Under the pieces are notes generated by a model. That model worked only from the letters and a program-made list of their open reading frames with translations, had not been told where the DNA came from and made no database searches. The position numbers were made by a program, and so were the translations under genes. This document shows positions 13,314-22,495 of a stretch of 32,000 nucleotides of DNA, one piece after another. The number at the start of each line of letters is the position of its first letter. The stretch's first letter is position 1. The stretch spans positions 1,860,001 through 1,892,000 of the forward strand of contig NZ_CP074694.1 of NCBI RefSeq assembly GCF_018398935.1, read 5' to 3'. Origin of the DNA: Telmatocola sphagniphila (GTDB taxonomy: Bacteria; Planctomycetota; Planctomycetia; Gemmatales; Gemmataceae).

Positions 13314-14197
13314 TTATTTGCCGCCACCACTTTCTTTCAAATTCTGCAGCACTTCATCCATGTTGAAACTCGCCGCCTTCTGACGTTGCGGGTACTCCTT
13401 AAACGTCATTAAGAACTTCCCAACAAAATCCTGAGCGGGCACTAACAAAAATGCGTGATCGAGCAGCCAATCGAAATAGGTATTCGATGTGACGTCGGCT
13501 CGTTCATAAGGATCCATACGAACATTAAATATCTTCGGAATGCGAAGAGTTACAAACGGTTCCATCCAAATCTGAAGTGTTCCGCGAGCGCGTTGTTCCA
13601 TGAAGACAAGTTTCCAGTTATCGTAACGAAGCCCAACGAGCTGTTGATCATCATTACAATAGAGGAACGATTCCCGCGGGCTCTTCTCGGCCTGTCCGGT
13701 CATATAAGGCACCAAATTAAATCCGTCGGGGTGGACCTTATAAGTCACCTCGCCGACCTTATAACCTTTAAGAAGCTTCGCGGTAACCTCTGTATCCCCC
13801 GCCATTGCCAGAATCGTTGGAAGCCAGTCGTGATGACCGACGATTTGATTCGAGACCGTTCCCGGTTTGATATGGCCCGGCCAGCGAACCATACAAGGAA
13901 CTCGGTAAGCTCCTTCCCAGTTGGAGTTCTTCTCGTTTCGGAACGGAGTCATGGCCGCATCGGGCCAGGAATTCATGTGCGGGCCGTTATCCGTTGAGTA
14001 CATCACAAAGGTATTGTCCGCAATTCCGGCGTCGTCCAAAGCTTTCAGCACCATACCGACGTTTTTGTCATGATCGATCATCGCATCAGCGTATTCCCCC
14101 ATCCAGCGACCGGATTGGCCTTTACTCTCCGGTTTCACATGGGTCCGGAAGTGCATGTGCGTGAAATTTACCCAAACGAAGAATGGCTTACCGTCTT
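13314..14197 (-). pseudogene. Sulfatase, C-terminal fragment (gene split by IS insertion)
   Basis: The frame is open from 14197 down to stop 13314 and reads (K)DGKPFFVWVNFTHMHFRTHVKPE... This continues exactly from the N-terminal fragment at 15660..16545 once the IS and one repeat copy are removed. Confidence 0.9.
14189..14197. repeat. Target-site duplication, copy 1 (TACCGTCTT on + strand)
   Basis: An identical 9-mer occurs at 15660..15668, directly abutting the other IS end. IS66-family elements make 8-9 bp duplications. Confidence 0.85.
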
Positions 14198-14220
14198 GTA
14201 CCCCTTCACGCCCCGGCCAG
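14198..14220. repeat. IS terminal inverted repeat (end next to the transposase stop)
   Basis: See the mobile element entry: 15/23 match to the reverse complement of 15637..15659. Confidence 0.7.
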
Positions 14221-15585
14221 GAGTGAGCGGGGGGTTTTGTTGTTGAAGTGAGCCTGGACAGCCTCTTTGATAAATGCGAGGCAGTTGCGTTTTTGCTGTC
14301 GGCAGGTTTCGATGACCGTGAGCATTCTCTCGAGGAAACGGCTTCCGGCAGCGGATTGCGTGCCGAAGCAGATTTTTCGCCAAATGACGAACGGCCGCAA
14401 GGCCCGCTCGGCCGCGTTGTTGGTCGGTTCGACTCCCTCCACTTCGACGAACGTCCAAAGTCGAGTGCGGTACTTCCAGAGTTCGGCGCACAGGCCTCGC
14501 GTTTTCCGGTCGCATTTTCCTCGAAGGAGTAAGGCTTCGATTTGCGAGCGAATCGGAACCATCCGCTTTTGGAATTCCGGGCGTTCCAGGCTCCCGTCTC
14601 GAATGCGTTTCCAGAGTTCGAACATCGCTCGAGTTTGCCGTTGCAAGTCCCGGCCCAACCGCTTCGACACAGAACAAGGCCGGTCGATCAGGCTCTGGAA
14701 GTCGCGGATCAGATGGGCCCAGCACCATTGCAGGCGTCCGAAAGCCCAGTACATTTTGGCCCGGTCGCAGTTCAAGATGCCCGAGTACGCGGGGCCGAGA
14801 AATTCGCGAACTACTTCGGCCTTGCGACTGGTCCGACAGGCGAACAGAGTAAATCGGGGAGCGACAAAAGTCCAGGTCCAAGCCTTGATCGGACCTTCTT
14901 TGGTGGGAGATTCGTCGCCCTGAACCACCGCTTGCCCAGGCAAGGCCTGCTGTAATTCCCGGTACGGCTGCTGTAAAGCTTCGGACGCCCGGTTCTGAAG
15001 TTTGACCATCCAGGCGGCGGAAGCTTCCTGACCCAGGATCTGTTCCAGAAACAGAGCGCAGCGTCGCTTGGAGAGTCGGAAACAGACCATTAAAAGAGAC
15101 GACAAAGCGATCAATCGAGGTCCGGCCGCTCCGGAAGGAACGCCCGCCGGCAATTCGCCGCAGGTCGTCTTGCCGCAGGAACAAGGCAGCCGATGCAGTT
15201 GATATTCGGTGATCGAAGGCTGGATTTCGGGAATCTCCCACACTTGATGCCGCAGGGGTTGGGGGTCAGTTCCGCTCAACGCTTCGCCGCACCGACGGCA
15301 TTCGGTCGGCTTGCAGGAGATCATTTCGATACAGCGATCGACCGATACCAAAGAGCGTTCGTGCTTGGTGTGTCCCGGTTGACCGCCCGCTTTCCGCTTA
15401 GCCTTCTTAAGCGCTTGCTTCGACGGCCTGGCATGAGGATGCTCCGAAGACGGAGGCTTCGAAGAATTGCCCGGATTTCGCGCCAATTGCTCTTTCAGTT
15501 TGGCAACCTCGGCCAAAAGCAAACGAATGATCGCCTGAGCTTCGGCGGGTTGGCGAGCGATCATTTCTTCAGTTACGATATCCAT
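14206..15585 (-). CDS. IS66-family transposase
   Basis: 459-aa ORF with an N-terminal leucine-rich helix. Cys clusters (CKPTECRRCG, LPCSCGKTTCG) resemble the IS66 zinc-finger. The blocks DESPTKEG, NCDRAKMYW and CWAHLIRDF and the hallmark EPTNNAAERALRP motif are present. Confidence 0.9.
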   Translation of the reverse strand: MDIVTEEMIARQPAEAQAIIRLLLAEVAKLKEQLARNPGNSSKPPSSEHPHARPSKQALKKAKRKAGGQPGHTKHERSLVSVDRCIEMISCKPTECRRCGEALSGTDPQPLRHQVWEIPEIQPSITEYQLHRLPCSCGKTTCGELPAGVPSGAAGPRLIALSSLLMVCFRLSKRRCALFLEQILGQEASAAWMVKLQNRASEALQQPYRELQQALPGQAVVQGDESPTKEGPIKAWTWTFVAPRFTLFACRTSRKAEVVREFLGPAYSGILNCDRAKMYWAFGRLQWCWAHLIRDFQSLIDRPCSVSKRLGRDLQRQTRAMFELWKRIRDGSLERPEFQKRMVPIRSQIEALLLRGKCDRKTRGLCAELWKYRTRLWTFVEVEGVEPTNNAAERALRPFVIWRKICFGTQSAAGSRFLERMLTVIETCRQQKRNCLAFIKEAVQAHFNNKTPRSLLAGA

Positions 15586-15636
15586 GACCAGAGTATGGCA
15601 AAAACTCCGCTAAAGCGCAAGCGCAAGTCGCTACGA

Positions 15637-15659
15637 CTGGACAGACTGTGAATTGATAC
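15637..15659. repeat. IS terminal inverted repeat (end upstream of the transposase start)
   Basis: Partner of 14198..14220. Confidence 0.7.
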
Positions 15660-15668
15660 TACCGTCTT
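15660..15668. repeat. Target-site duplication, copy 2 (TACCGTCTT on + strand)
   Basis: Identical to 14189..14197. Confidence 0.85.
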
Positions 15669-16545
15669 TAGCTTGACGCTTAATGAACTCCACCGATCTT
15701 TCCGCTACATCGTCGTCGATTGTTTCCATTCGCTTTTTGGTTAACGGGCCAGTGTCTTTGATGGTCTGCTTGCCAACTTTGCCGAAGCGCGGATCGACTG
15801 TATCGTCGTCTTTGTCCGATGCTTTACAGTCCATAACGCCGCGTGGCCCATACTTGGCTCGAAATGCGGGATCCTTGGGATAATCGGGAAGCTCCGGCTC
15901 TTCTTCGGCATTTAGGTGATAGAGATTGCCGTAGAACTCATCGAAACCGTGCACCGTGGGTAGAAACTCGTTGCGGTCCCCCAAGTGATTTTTGCCGAAT
16001 TGTCCGGTGGCGTAGCCGAGGGGTTTGAGCAACTCAGCGATCGTCGGATCTTCCTTGCGAAGCCCGAGGGTGGCACCCGGAAGACCAACCTTCGTGAGGC
16101 CCGTACGCAGACCATGTTGACCGGTAATGAAAGAGGCGCGACCTGCCGTGCAACTCTGTTCGGCATAATAATCCGTGAACATCATGCCTTCTTTGGCTAC
16201 CCGGTCGATGTTGGGGGTCTTGTAACCCATCAGGCCCAGTGAATAAGCACTGATGTTGGTTTGGCCGATATCGTCTCCCCAGATAATGCAAAAGTTCGGC
16301 TTCTTACCCGACTTCTCCGCCTGAGCCGAGACCTTTTCGTTATGAGCCGTCAGGAGAGCGAGTTCCTGTTTGGATAAGCCGTCCCCGCAGCCCGGGGAAG
16401 CCGAAGTCTGAGCAGTTTCGAGACCGGGAGGCTCTGCGGCGAGCACCGAGCGCCCCGGAAAGATTTTCCCCGTGGCGATGGCATAGCCGGACAGCACGCC
16501 GAGGCCGATCCAAGCCGCGGCCAGAAATTTGGTATTTTTCAGCAT
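15660..16545 (-). pseudogene. Sulfatase, N-terminal fragment (gene split by IS insertion)
   Basis: ORF 15631..16545 encodes a signal peptide, the IIWGDDIG metal-site block and the formylglycine motif [12 protein letters not shown] (C-x-A-x-R variant). The native sequence ends ...FIKRQAKDG at 15661. The last 9 codons (SINSQSVQS) and the stop are read from IS DNA. Confidence 0.9.
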
Positions 16546-16658
16546 TCGACCCTTTCTGTGTGAACGTCAGTCTGAAGGGCGATCGATTGGAAATTCTCAC
16601 TCGGGACTGATTAGAGACCGGTATCTTACCGACATATTTTTAATTGCCTACGAAATAC

Positions 16659-19052
16659 TTATTTTCGTTCGACGACCATCTTCTCGATTTTGCCGGTGAA
16701 TGGGAACGGGGCGCGCTCGGCATAATCGAGGGAGACGGGGGAACCGAGATCGACGCCGACATCGAGCGTTTCGCTGGCCGTGAAGGCGCCGGGAACCGTT
16801 CGTTTCACGGTGGTTTTGGCGACCTCTTGACCGTCGACTTTGAGTACCACTTCCGCCGGACCTCCCGGTTTGGGGATCGTCTCATCGACTTCGATTTGGT
16901 GTTTGCCGGCCGCGATTTTTCCTTCGGATTTGACCTTTGTTCGCTCAATAATCAACATGTTGTATTCGTAGCAGAGTAGCCCTTTATCCATGTACAGAGT
17001 CAGTCCGCCGGATATTCCGCCCAGAGCGTACAAAACACCTGTAGCTTCTTGGCCAACTTCGATGTCCAGGGAGACATGATTGCTTTCGCGACCAAGGCCG
17101 GGAGCAGTGAATTCTGGCATGCGAATCGTTGTGGAATCGAAACGCCACGTTTTATAGGGGCTGCCGATGCGGTCTTCGGGATGGAACCGGGTCCATAAGC
17201 CGCCGCCAATGGGCAGGGCTTTATTCGCTTTGGCTTGAGCGAGGAAGAGCTCTTTCATCTTAGCCAAACGTTCAGGTTCCTTCGCCGAGAGATCATCGGC
17301 TTGCGAGAAATCTTTCGAAACGTCGTAGAGTTCCCAAACATCTTTATTGGCATCCCAGTTCTTCAGTCTTGGCATTGACCCCGGCGTATCCCAGGGAATC
17401 ATCGGACCGAAGGTGCAGGCAAACCAGCCGTCGTGATAGACCCCGCGACTGGCGTTGTTCTCAAAATACTGGGTCTTCTTGCGCCCGGGGGCGTTCGACT
17501 CGGCAAACGTGTAAGCCATACTGATGCCGTCGATCGGATCCTGTTTAATGCCTCCCACTTCCTCCGGCGGTTTAATGCCGATAATGTCGTACAGCGTTGG
17601 GGCGATGTCATTGACGTGATGAAATTGCGAGCGGGGTTTGGGGTCCGGCTTAATCCCTTGAGGCCAGGAAATCACCAGGGGATTGCGCGTGCCGCCGAAG
17701 TGAGCCGCGACCAGTTTGGTCGACCGGAACGGCGTGCCCCCGGCCCAGGCCCAACCGGCGTGATACATACTATCCAGTTTCGGTCCCCCGAGGGCTTCCA
17801 GTCCGCCGACTTTCGCTAAAGCGGCCAGTTGCTGTTCGATGGTGTTCGGGATATTGTTCTGGGCCAGTAGTTCACTGACGGTGCCCTTCTGACCTTCCGC
17901 GCTCGAACCGTTATCGCCCCAGACGTATAGGATGATCGTGTTCTCGCGCAAGCCGAGTTGCTCGAGGCCATCAACCATTTTGCCCACCTGGGCATCGGTA
18001 TGTTCGACGAACCCGGCAAAAACTTCCATAAGTCGTCGTTGAAAAGGCCGTTCTGCTTCAGGAATGCTGTCCCAGGAGGCGAGGGTTTCATCGCGGGGCG
18101 TCAGCTTCGTATCGGCGGGAATCCAACCGAGCGCTTTCTGACGGGCAAAGACCCGTTCGCGGTATTTATCCCAGCCGTCGTCAAATTTGCCTTTGTACTT
18201 ATCGGCCCATTCCTTGAAGATGTGATGCGGCCCGTGCACCGCTCCCGGAGCCCAGTACATCAAAAAGGGTTTATCGGGCGAAAAAGCCTGATGCCGTTTC
18301 AACCAGTTCAGGCCCTTCTCGACCATGTCTTCGGTGAGATGGTATTTTTCGTTGTGGGGCGGTTCAATCGCGGTCAAGTTTTCGTAGAGGCGCGGTTCCC
18401 ACTGCGACGTTTCGCCGGCTAAGAAGCCGTAGAAGTAATCGAACCCATGCCCGGTAGGCCAGCGGTCGAAGGGCCCCATAGCCGTCGTTTGATTGGCCGG
18501 GGTGTTATGCCACTTCCCGAAGGCCGCCGACTTATAGCCATAATGGTGCAGAACTTCCGGAATGGTCGCCGACGATTTGGGAATAATGCCGGTATAGCCA
18601 TCGAAATCCGAGGCCCGCTCGGCGATAGTTCCATTGCCCACGCGATGATGATTTCGGCCCGTCAACAGGGCCGCCCGGGTGGGGGAACAGATCGAAGTGG
18701 TGTGAAAGGTGTTGTAGCTGATACCTGTATCGCGTAGCCGGGTGAGGGTCGGGGTATGGACCTCGCCGCCAAAGGTGTCGGCGACTCCGAAACCGACGTC
18801 GTCGATCAGAACGATCAAGACGCTAGGCGCTCCCGGCTTCAGGCGCTCCGGCTCTTTCCGCCATTTCATGACCGATTCCTGCAACGTCGCCCCGGGTGTA
18901 CTCGCCGAAGGCGTCGGCGGAAATGGCAAAACGGAGCCCTCCGATTGGGCGGGCGGAGAAGGATTTTGGGCCGATAAATAGTGGCGAACTCGTTCTGAGC
19001 TCAGCGGCACCAGCAGCAAAATCAGGCTGCCAGCGATCAGAGTGCGTTTCAT
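16659..19052 (-). CDS. Arylsulfatase-family sulfatase, long form, paralog of 8970..11411
   Basis: 797-aa ORF with a signal peptide. It has LIVLIDDVG and CSPTRAALLTGRNH. It is collinear with the 813-aa protein over its full length, including the C-terminal extension. Confidence 0.93.
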   Translation of the reverse strand: MKRTLIAGSLILLLVPLSSERVRHYLSAQNPSPPAQSEGSVLPFPPTPSASTPGATLQESVMKWRKEPERLKPGAPSVLIVLIDDVGFGVADTFGGEVHTPTLTRLRDTGISYNTFHTTSICSPTRAALLTGRNHHRVGNGTIAERASDFDGYTGIIPKSSATIPEVLHHYGYKSAAFGKWHNTPANQTTAMGPFDRWPTGHGFDYFYGFLAGETSQWEPRLYENLTAIEPPHNEKYHLTEDMVEKGLNWLKRHQAFSPDKPFLMYWAPGAVHGPHHIFKEWADKYKGKFDDGWDKYRERVFARQKALGWIPADTKLTPRDETLASWDSIPEAERPFQRRLMEVFAGFVEHTDAQVGKMVDGLEQLGLRENTIILYVWGDNGSSAEGQKGTVSELLAQNNIPNTIEQQLAALAKVGGLEALGGPKLDSMYHAGWAWAGGTPFRSTKLVAAHFGGTRNPLVISWPQGIKPDPKPRSQFHHVNDIAPTLYDIIGIKPPEEVGGIKQDPIDGISMAYTFAESNAPGRKKTQYFENNASRGVYHDGWFACTFGPMIPWDTPGSMPRLKNWDANKDVWELYDVSKDFSQADDLSAKEPERLAKMKELFLAQAKANKALPIGGGLWTRFHPEDRIGSPYKTWRFDSTTIRMPEFTAPGLGRESNHVSLDIEVGQEATGVLYALGGISGGLTLYMDKGLLCYEYNMLIIERTKVKSEGKIAAGKHQIEVDETIPKPGGPAEVVLKVDGQEVAKTTVKRTVPGAFTASETLDVGVDLGSPVSLDYAERAPFPFTGKIEKMVVERK

Positions 19053-19252
19053 AGAATAGCCCGAGAGGCAAAGGAAACGATTGTCGGTGCAACACCGAAT
19101 GCTATGCTACCTCGAAGCCGTGAAAAACAACTATAAAAACTCCCCATATCCCAAACTGGCAAAAGCCGATTTCGGAACCGACCGGGTGAAATTATTCTGA
19201 GACCTGAAATCTGAAGCGACCTTCTCCTACCCTGCGACTGCGCCAACGACTC

Positions 19253-20158
19253 GTGGATTTCGACGACTTGGCACGCGTTTTCTCAACGTGGGACGGGACT
19301 TTGGTGCAGATGTCCCGGGGCCGATTCGAAGGAACTCTGGAATTGGCTCACGGAGAGAAGATTCAAGTCCATCGGGCGACGGGGAATCAAGAAATTTTCG
19401 TTCGCGGCCAAGAAAAGTCGGCCACGTGCACCTTCACCTTGGTTCTACCCGAAAGTGAAAATTGTTTGTGGCAGCGCCGCTCCCTCTCCGCCGGGGATCT
19501 GGTTGTTCGCAGTGCCGACGTGGAAGTTCATCACTGGGCCGGCCGCCAGGCGGTGAATCTCAGTCTGAGTGTCGGGGAGCGGACCTTGCGAGACGCCGCA
19601 GATACTCTCGGTGTGGAGTTAGGGGCCTTCCGCTGGCAGGCTCTTCGTCCGGAACCGGTCGTCTTTCAACAGTTGGAAAAATTACTCCGCAGTTTTTTGG
19701 CCTCGGTCCCGGGGTCGGCCGAACGGTCCCACCTGGAAGAGGCTTGCCTGAGGACGGTGGTAGAAGCCCTCTGTCCGGCTTCGAAAAAGCGAGAGCCGAG
19801 TTTACTCTCCTCGATCCGGGCCGATTTGGTCCAGCGCGGGGAGGATCAGATGCGCCGTCAGTTAGACGGGTTTTTGTGCGAATCGGATCTCTGTCGCGAA
19901 CTGGGGGTCAGTGGACGGACGTTACGATTGGCCTTTCAGGAACACTACGGCTTGGGTCCGATCGAGTACTACCGGGTCTTGCGTCTGAACGCCGCCCGCC
20001 GGACGATCAAGAATCTCCGAACCGATTCCGAATCCATTGCGTCCATCGCCCAGACCTTCGGATTTCACCATTCGGGCAAATTCTCCCTCTATTTTCGAAG
20101 ACTCTTTGGGGAGCTCCCTTCCGAAATCGGACGCTATACCGCATCGAAAAAAGGCTGA
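19253..20158 (+). CDS. AraC-family transcriptional regulator
   Basis: 301-aa ORF whose GTG start at 19253 is uncertain. The C-terminal double HTH (CRELGVSGRTLRLAFQEHYGLGPIEYYRVLRLNAARR ... SIASIAQTFGFHHSGKFSLYFRRLFGELPSE) is typical of AraC/XylS regulators. It is divergent from the sulfatase at 16659..19052. Confidence 0.88.
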   Translation: MDFDDLARVFSTWDGTLVQMSRGRFEGTLELAHGEKIQVHRATGNQEIFVRGQEKSATCTFTLVLPESENCLWQRRSLSAGDLVVRSADVEVHHWAGRQAVNLSLSVGERTLRDAADTLGVELGAFRWQALRPEPVVFQQLEKLLRSFLASVPGSAERSHLEEACLRTVVEALCPASKKREPSLLSSIRADLVQRGEDQMRRQLDGFLCESDLCRELGVSGRTLRLAFQEHYGLGPIEYYRVLRLNAARRTIKNLRTDSESIASIAQTFGFHHSGKFSLYFRRLFGELPSEIGRYTASKKG

Positions 20159-20631
20159 GCGCGCAGTCGAATTCTTGCCCGGCGCCGGAGCGTCGGCCCA
20201 CTTGTAATTTTCCTAAGAACCGCCTCTCAACCCCTTCCCTCCGTTGGAGACTTCTGGATTCAAAGCAGACGGAGATTTGATCCCCTCGTGCCTTCGCCGT
20301 CGCGGAACTTTCGAGCGCCCCGCCAGGTGACAGCGAAAGATTCTAAAGAAGTCATCGGAAAATCCCGCTTAGCTTTCACGGCTTAGGATTCCCAAATACC
20401 CACATCCCCCGCCGGTTTTCGCAGTGTTTCTGGGCGCAATCTAAACCCGGGTTTGCTCGTTGCGTACTGAAGCCCGGCCCGGTCCGGGAGATTGTCCGAT
20501 TCCCTGACAAAGCCGTCGGAATAGTGGTCCTTCTTGCTCCCGAGTTGGCGGAGCGCTTGAATGGGGAGTGAAATAACATAAACTAGTCTGTGCGACAAAC
20601 AAGTCTGCAATGAAAGATCGAAAGGCGACAC

Positions 20632-21369
20632 ATGTCAGATCCCTCGACAATCGATGCACTTCCCAGCCCGGAGCAGATGCGCAACTACTTCGCCGTCGAG
20701 AAATCGGTCCGTCAGACCCGCCGGCTCCGGGAGACATCGCGAGCGATCCTCACCGGCAACATCGCGGCCGCCGCCTGCCTGATCGAAACCGTTTTGGTAA
20801 TCCTGCATTCGGGTTGGCTCGACAGCGGCCCTTCTCGGGATGAGTACAAGCTACTCGCCTTAGACGGCACGATCTTCGGTTGGTTGACTCTCATGGTCCT
20901 CTCTTTGCGCTGGATGAAACGGCAGCGAGCGCGGAGTTCCGTCTACGTGCTGGACCGACGGGAGGCGGCAGCGCAGCGCGTGCCCGCGCACCCGGTCCAG
21001 ACCCGGTTGCTCTTTATCTGCTTTTTCCTCTTTCAGGGATTGGTCGCGGTCCTTTGGAGTATCGCATTCCGACATATGACGGATTCGGCCCTCGTAGCGG
21101 CTCTGTCGATCAGTCCCCTGCTGGGGGTCGGTTATTTCGTGTATCGCTTCGTGCTCTATGGCTTCTGGGAAGATTTGCTGTTCGCCGCGGCCGTCGCCCT
21201 GGCCTGGATACCGTTTCTTTTCCGAGCCTGGAATCTGGCGCCGCTGTGCCTGGCCACCTTTCCCCTGGTCATCGTCGGGACGAGTTGCCTGCATCGGCGT
21301 TGGGTCCGCTGGCAAGAAAGTTTCTCTCTCCCGAACGCCGAAGCGGCGAACGAGGAGGAACGCTCGTGA
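20632..21369 (+). CDS. Polytopic membrane protein, unknown function
   Basis: 245-aa ORF with about six hydrophobic helices (for example AAACLIETVLVILH, IFGWLTLMVLSL, LLFICFFLFQGLVAVLWSIAF). I recognised no motif. Confidence 0.7.
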   Translation: MSDPSTIDALPSPEQMRNYFAVEKSVRQTRRLRETSRAILTGNIAAAACLIETVLVILHSGWLDSGPSRDEYKLLALDGTIFGWLTLMVLSLRWMKRQRARSSVYVLDRREAAAQRVPAHPVQTRLLFICFFLFQGLVAVLWSIAFRHMTDSALVAALSISPLLGVGYFVYRFVLYGFWEDLLFAAAVALAWIPFLFRAWNLAPLCLATFPLVIVGTSCLHRRWVRWQESFSLPNAEAANEEERS

Positions 21370-21677
21370 AAGAGGAGGCACCGATCGTACTCGATCCTTT
21401 GATTCACGAGGTGGCTCGGCTCGTGATCGTATCCGTCCTCAACGAATGTGGCGCCGCGAGTTTCAACTTCCTGCTCGGCACGACGGGGTTGACGCGAGGC
21501 AATCTCTCGGCGCACATGATTCGGCTGGTCACGGCGGGCTATGTCGAGGAGAAGAAACAAATTCGGGATCGCAAAATGCTCACCGAATATAGCCTCAGTT
21601 CCGTCGGACGCAAAGCGTTCGCGGACTATCGAAGGGAATGGACCCGTTTGACCCAGGGCAACGCTTCCCTCCGCTGA
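21366..21677 (+). CDS. Small winged-helix (ArsR/MarR-like) transcriptional regulator
   Basis: This is the 3' 103 codons of ORF 20880..21677. The GTG start overlaps the upstream TGA (GTGA at 21366..21369). The pattern LDPLIHEVARLVIVSVL ... GLTRGNLSAHMIRLVTAGYVEEKK is characteristic of small wHTH regulators. Confidence 0.75.
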   Translation: MKEEAPIVLDPLIHEVARLVIVSVLNECGAASFNFLLGTTGLTRGNLSAHMIRLVTAGYVEEKKQIRDRKMLTEYSLSSVGRKAFADYRREWTRLTQGNASLR

Positions 21678-22117
21678 ACGGACCGCGCGCAGCGTTGCCA
21701 ATTGGAACCCCTCCGTCCCTGGAGTTGGGGCTCTCCGATCGACTGAATCTCCCATCCGCTCAAACACACATTCTTTGGGCAATTCCGACGGGCAAACGGA
21801 CCGGAAAAAAAGATCGAGACTTTCGAGAGTCGATGAGGGCGGCTCCCGACGCGGATCGCCGATCTGGCGGTCGGGCCGTGGAAGAACGGGTATGCCCCTA
21901 GATTGGCGAACCGTCCGTTCGCCGACCGGACGAATTGCGGACGTTTTGGAAGCTAGTGGACGAGCCCAAAGTCACCCAACCGCCGAGCGGAAAAACCAAT
22001 CGGGTGTGAGGATGCCGAAGGTCCGTCGCGGAAACGTCGGCGCGGACGGGGAAGTTCAGGCCGCTACCGGTGAAAATCCGTTGGTTAAAGGGGGTGTTTA
22101 CTTTGCCGGAAATCGAG

Positions 22118-22495
22118 CTACTCCGCAAACCACGCTTTCGCGGTATCCTCGGAATAAAAAACTTGGACTTGAGAACCGTTCATATCGACTGTGAGGGCGA
22201 GTAATTGATAGATCGTTGACAGACCAATCGCGGTGCTCAGAAAGGCGATTTTCGATTGAAATCGCTTGAGTAGCTTCGCGCACAGACTTCCCAGCCAAGG
22301 GACTTCGTTAGGGTTCGGACGGTTCGTCACTTGGCTGACATCAATCAGCACAAAGGCCTTCTGCGGCAGGGAAGGATCTTGCAACAATCGATCCACGCAG
22401 TCCCAGCGGTCTTCCACGGAAACGTCCTCCGTCGAAGTGATCCGAATAAGGTTGGCAGACTCATCGAATTCATATCGAATGGCCACAATGTGCAC
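22118..22495 (-). CDS. Hypothetical protein, possibly SpoIIAA-like/STAS-fold
   Basis: 125-aa ORF in a visibly lower-GC stretch. The start is uncertain: GTG at 22495, or GTG at 22486 preceded by AGGTG. The overall pattern (…VLIDVS…, KIAFL…, C-terminal ...DTAKAWF) resembles SpoIIAA-like domains, but this is weak. Confidence 0.55.
   Translation of the reverse strand: MHIVAIRYEFDESANLIRITSTEDVSVEDRWDCVDRLLQDPSLPQKAFVLIDVSQVTNRPNPNEVPWLGSLCAKLLKRFQSKIAFLSTAIGLSTIYQLLALTVDMNGSQVQVFYSEDTAKAWFAE

Larger units (their letters stand above)
14198..15659 (-). mobile_element. IS66-family insertion sequence, single-ORF (ISBst12-like) type, 1462 bp
   Basis: The boundaries are set by the 9-bp direct repeats and by imperfect terminal inverted repeats starting with GTA. 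GTACCCCTTCACGCCCCGGCCAG (14198..14220) matches the reverse complement of 15637..15659, GTATCAATTCACAGTCTGTCCAG, at 15 of 23 positions. The element carries one transposase ORF that ends inside the IR. Confidence 0.88.

Noticed and set aside
14168-15241. 357-aa ORF overlapping the transposase on the same strand
   Set aside because: It is an alternative frame of the IS66 transposase gene. It is S/R/G/P-rich with no motifs, while the 459-aa frame carries all the IS66 hallmarks.
19462-20280. 272-aa + strand ORF overlapping the AraC gene
   Set aside because: It is an off-frame, R/G/S-rich ORF. The AraC frame has the diagnostic double HTH.
20880-21365. 5' two-thirds of the 265-aa ORF overlapping the membrane-protein gene
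   Set aside because: It is low-complexity R/G/P-rich sequence in an alternative frame of a plausible membrane protein. Only the last 103 codons, from GTG 21366, look like a real (wHTH) protein.
22069-22079. GGTGAAAATCC preceded by GGGGAAG, reminiscent of the cobalamin-riboswitch core
   Set aside because: The spacing between the two blocks is wrong (16 nt). No B12-box (AGYCMGgAgaCCkGCc-like) follows, and no + strand gene lies downstream to be regulated.
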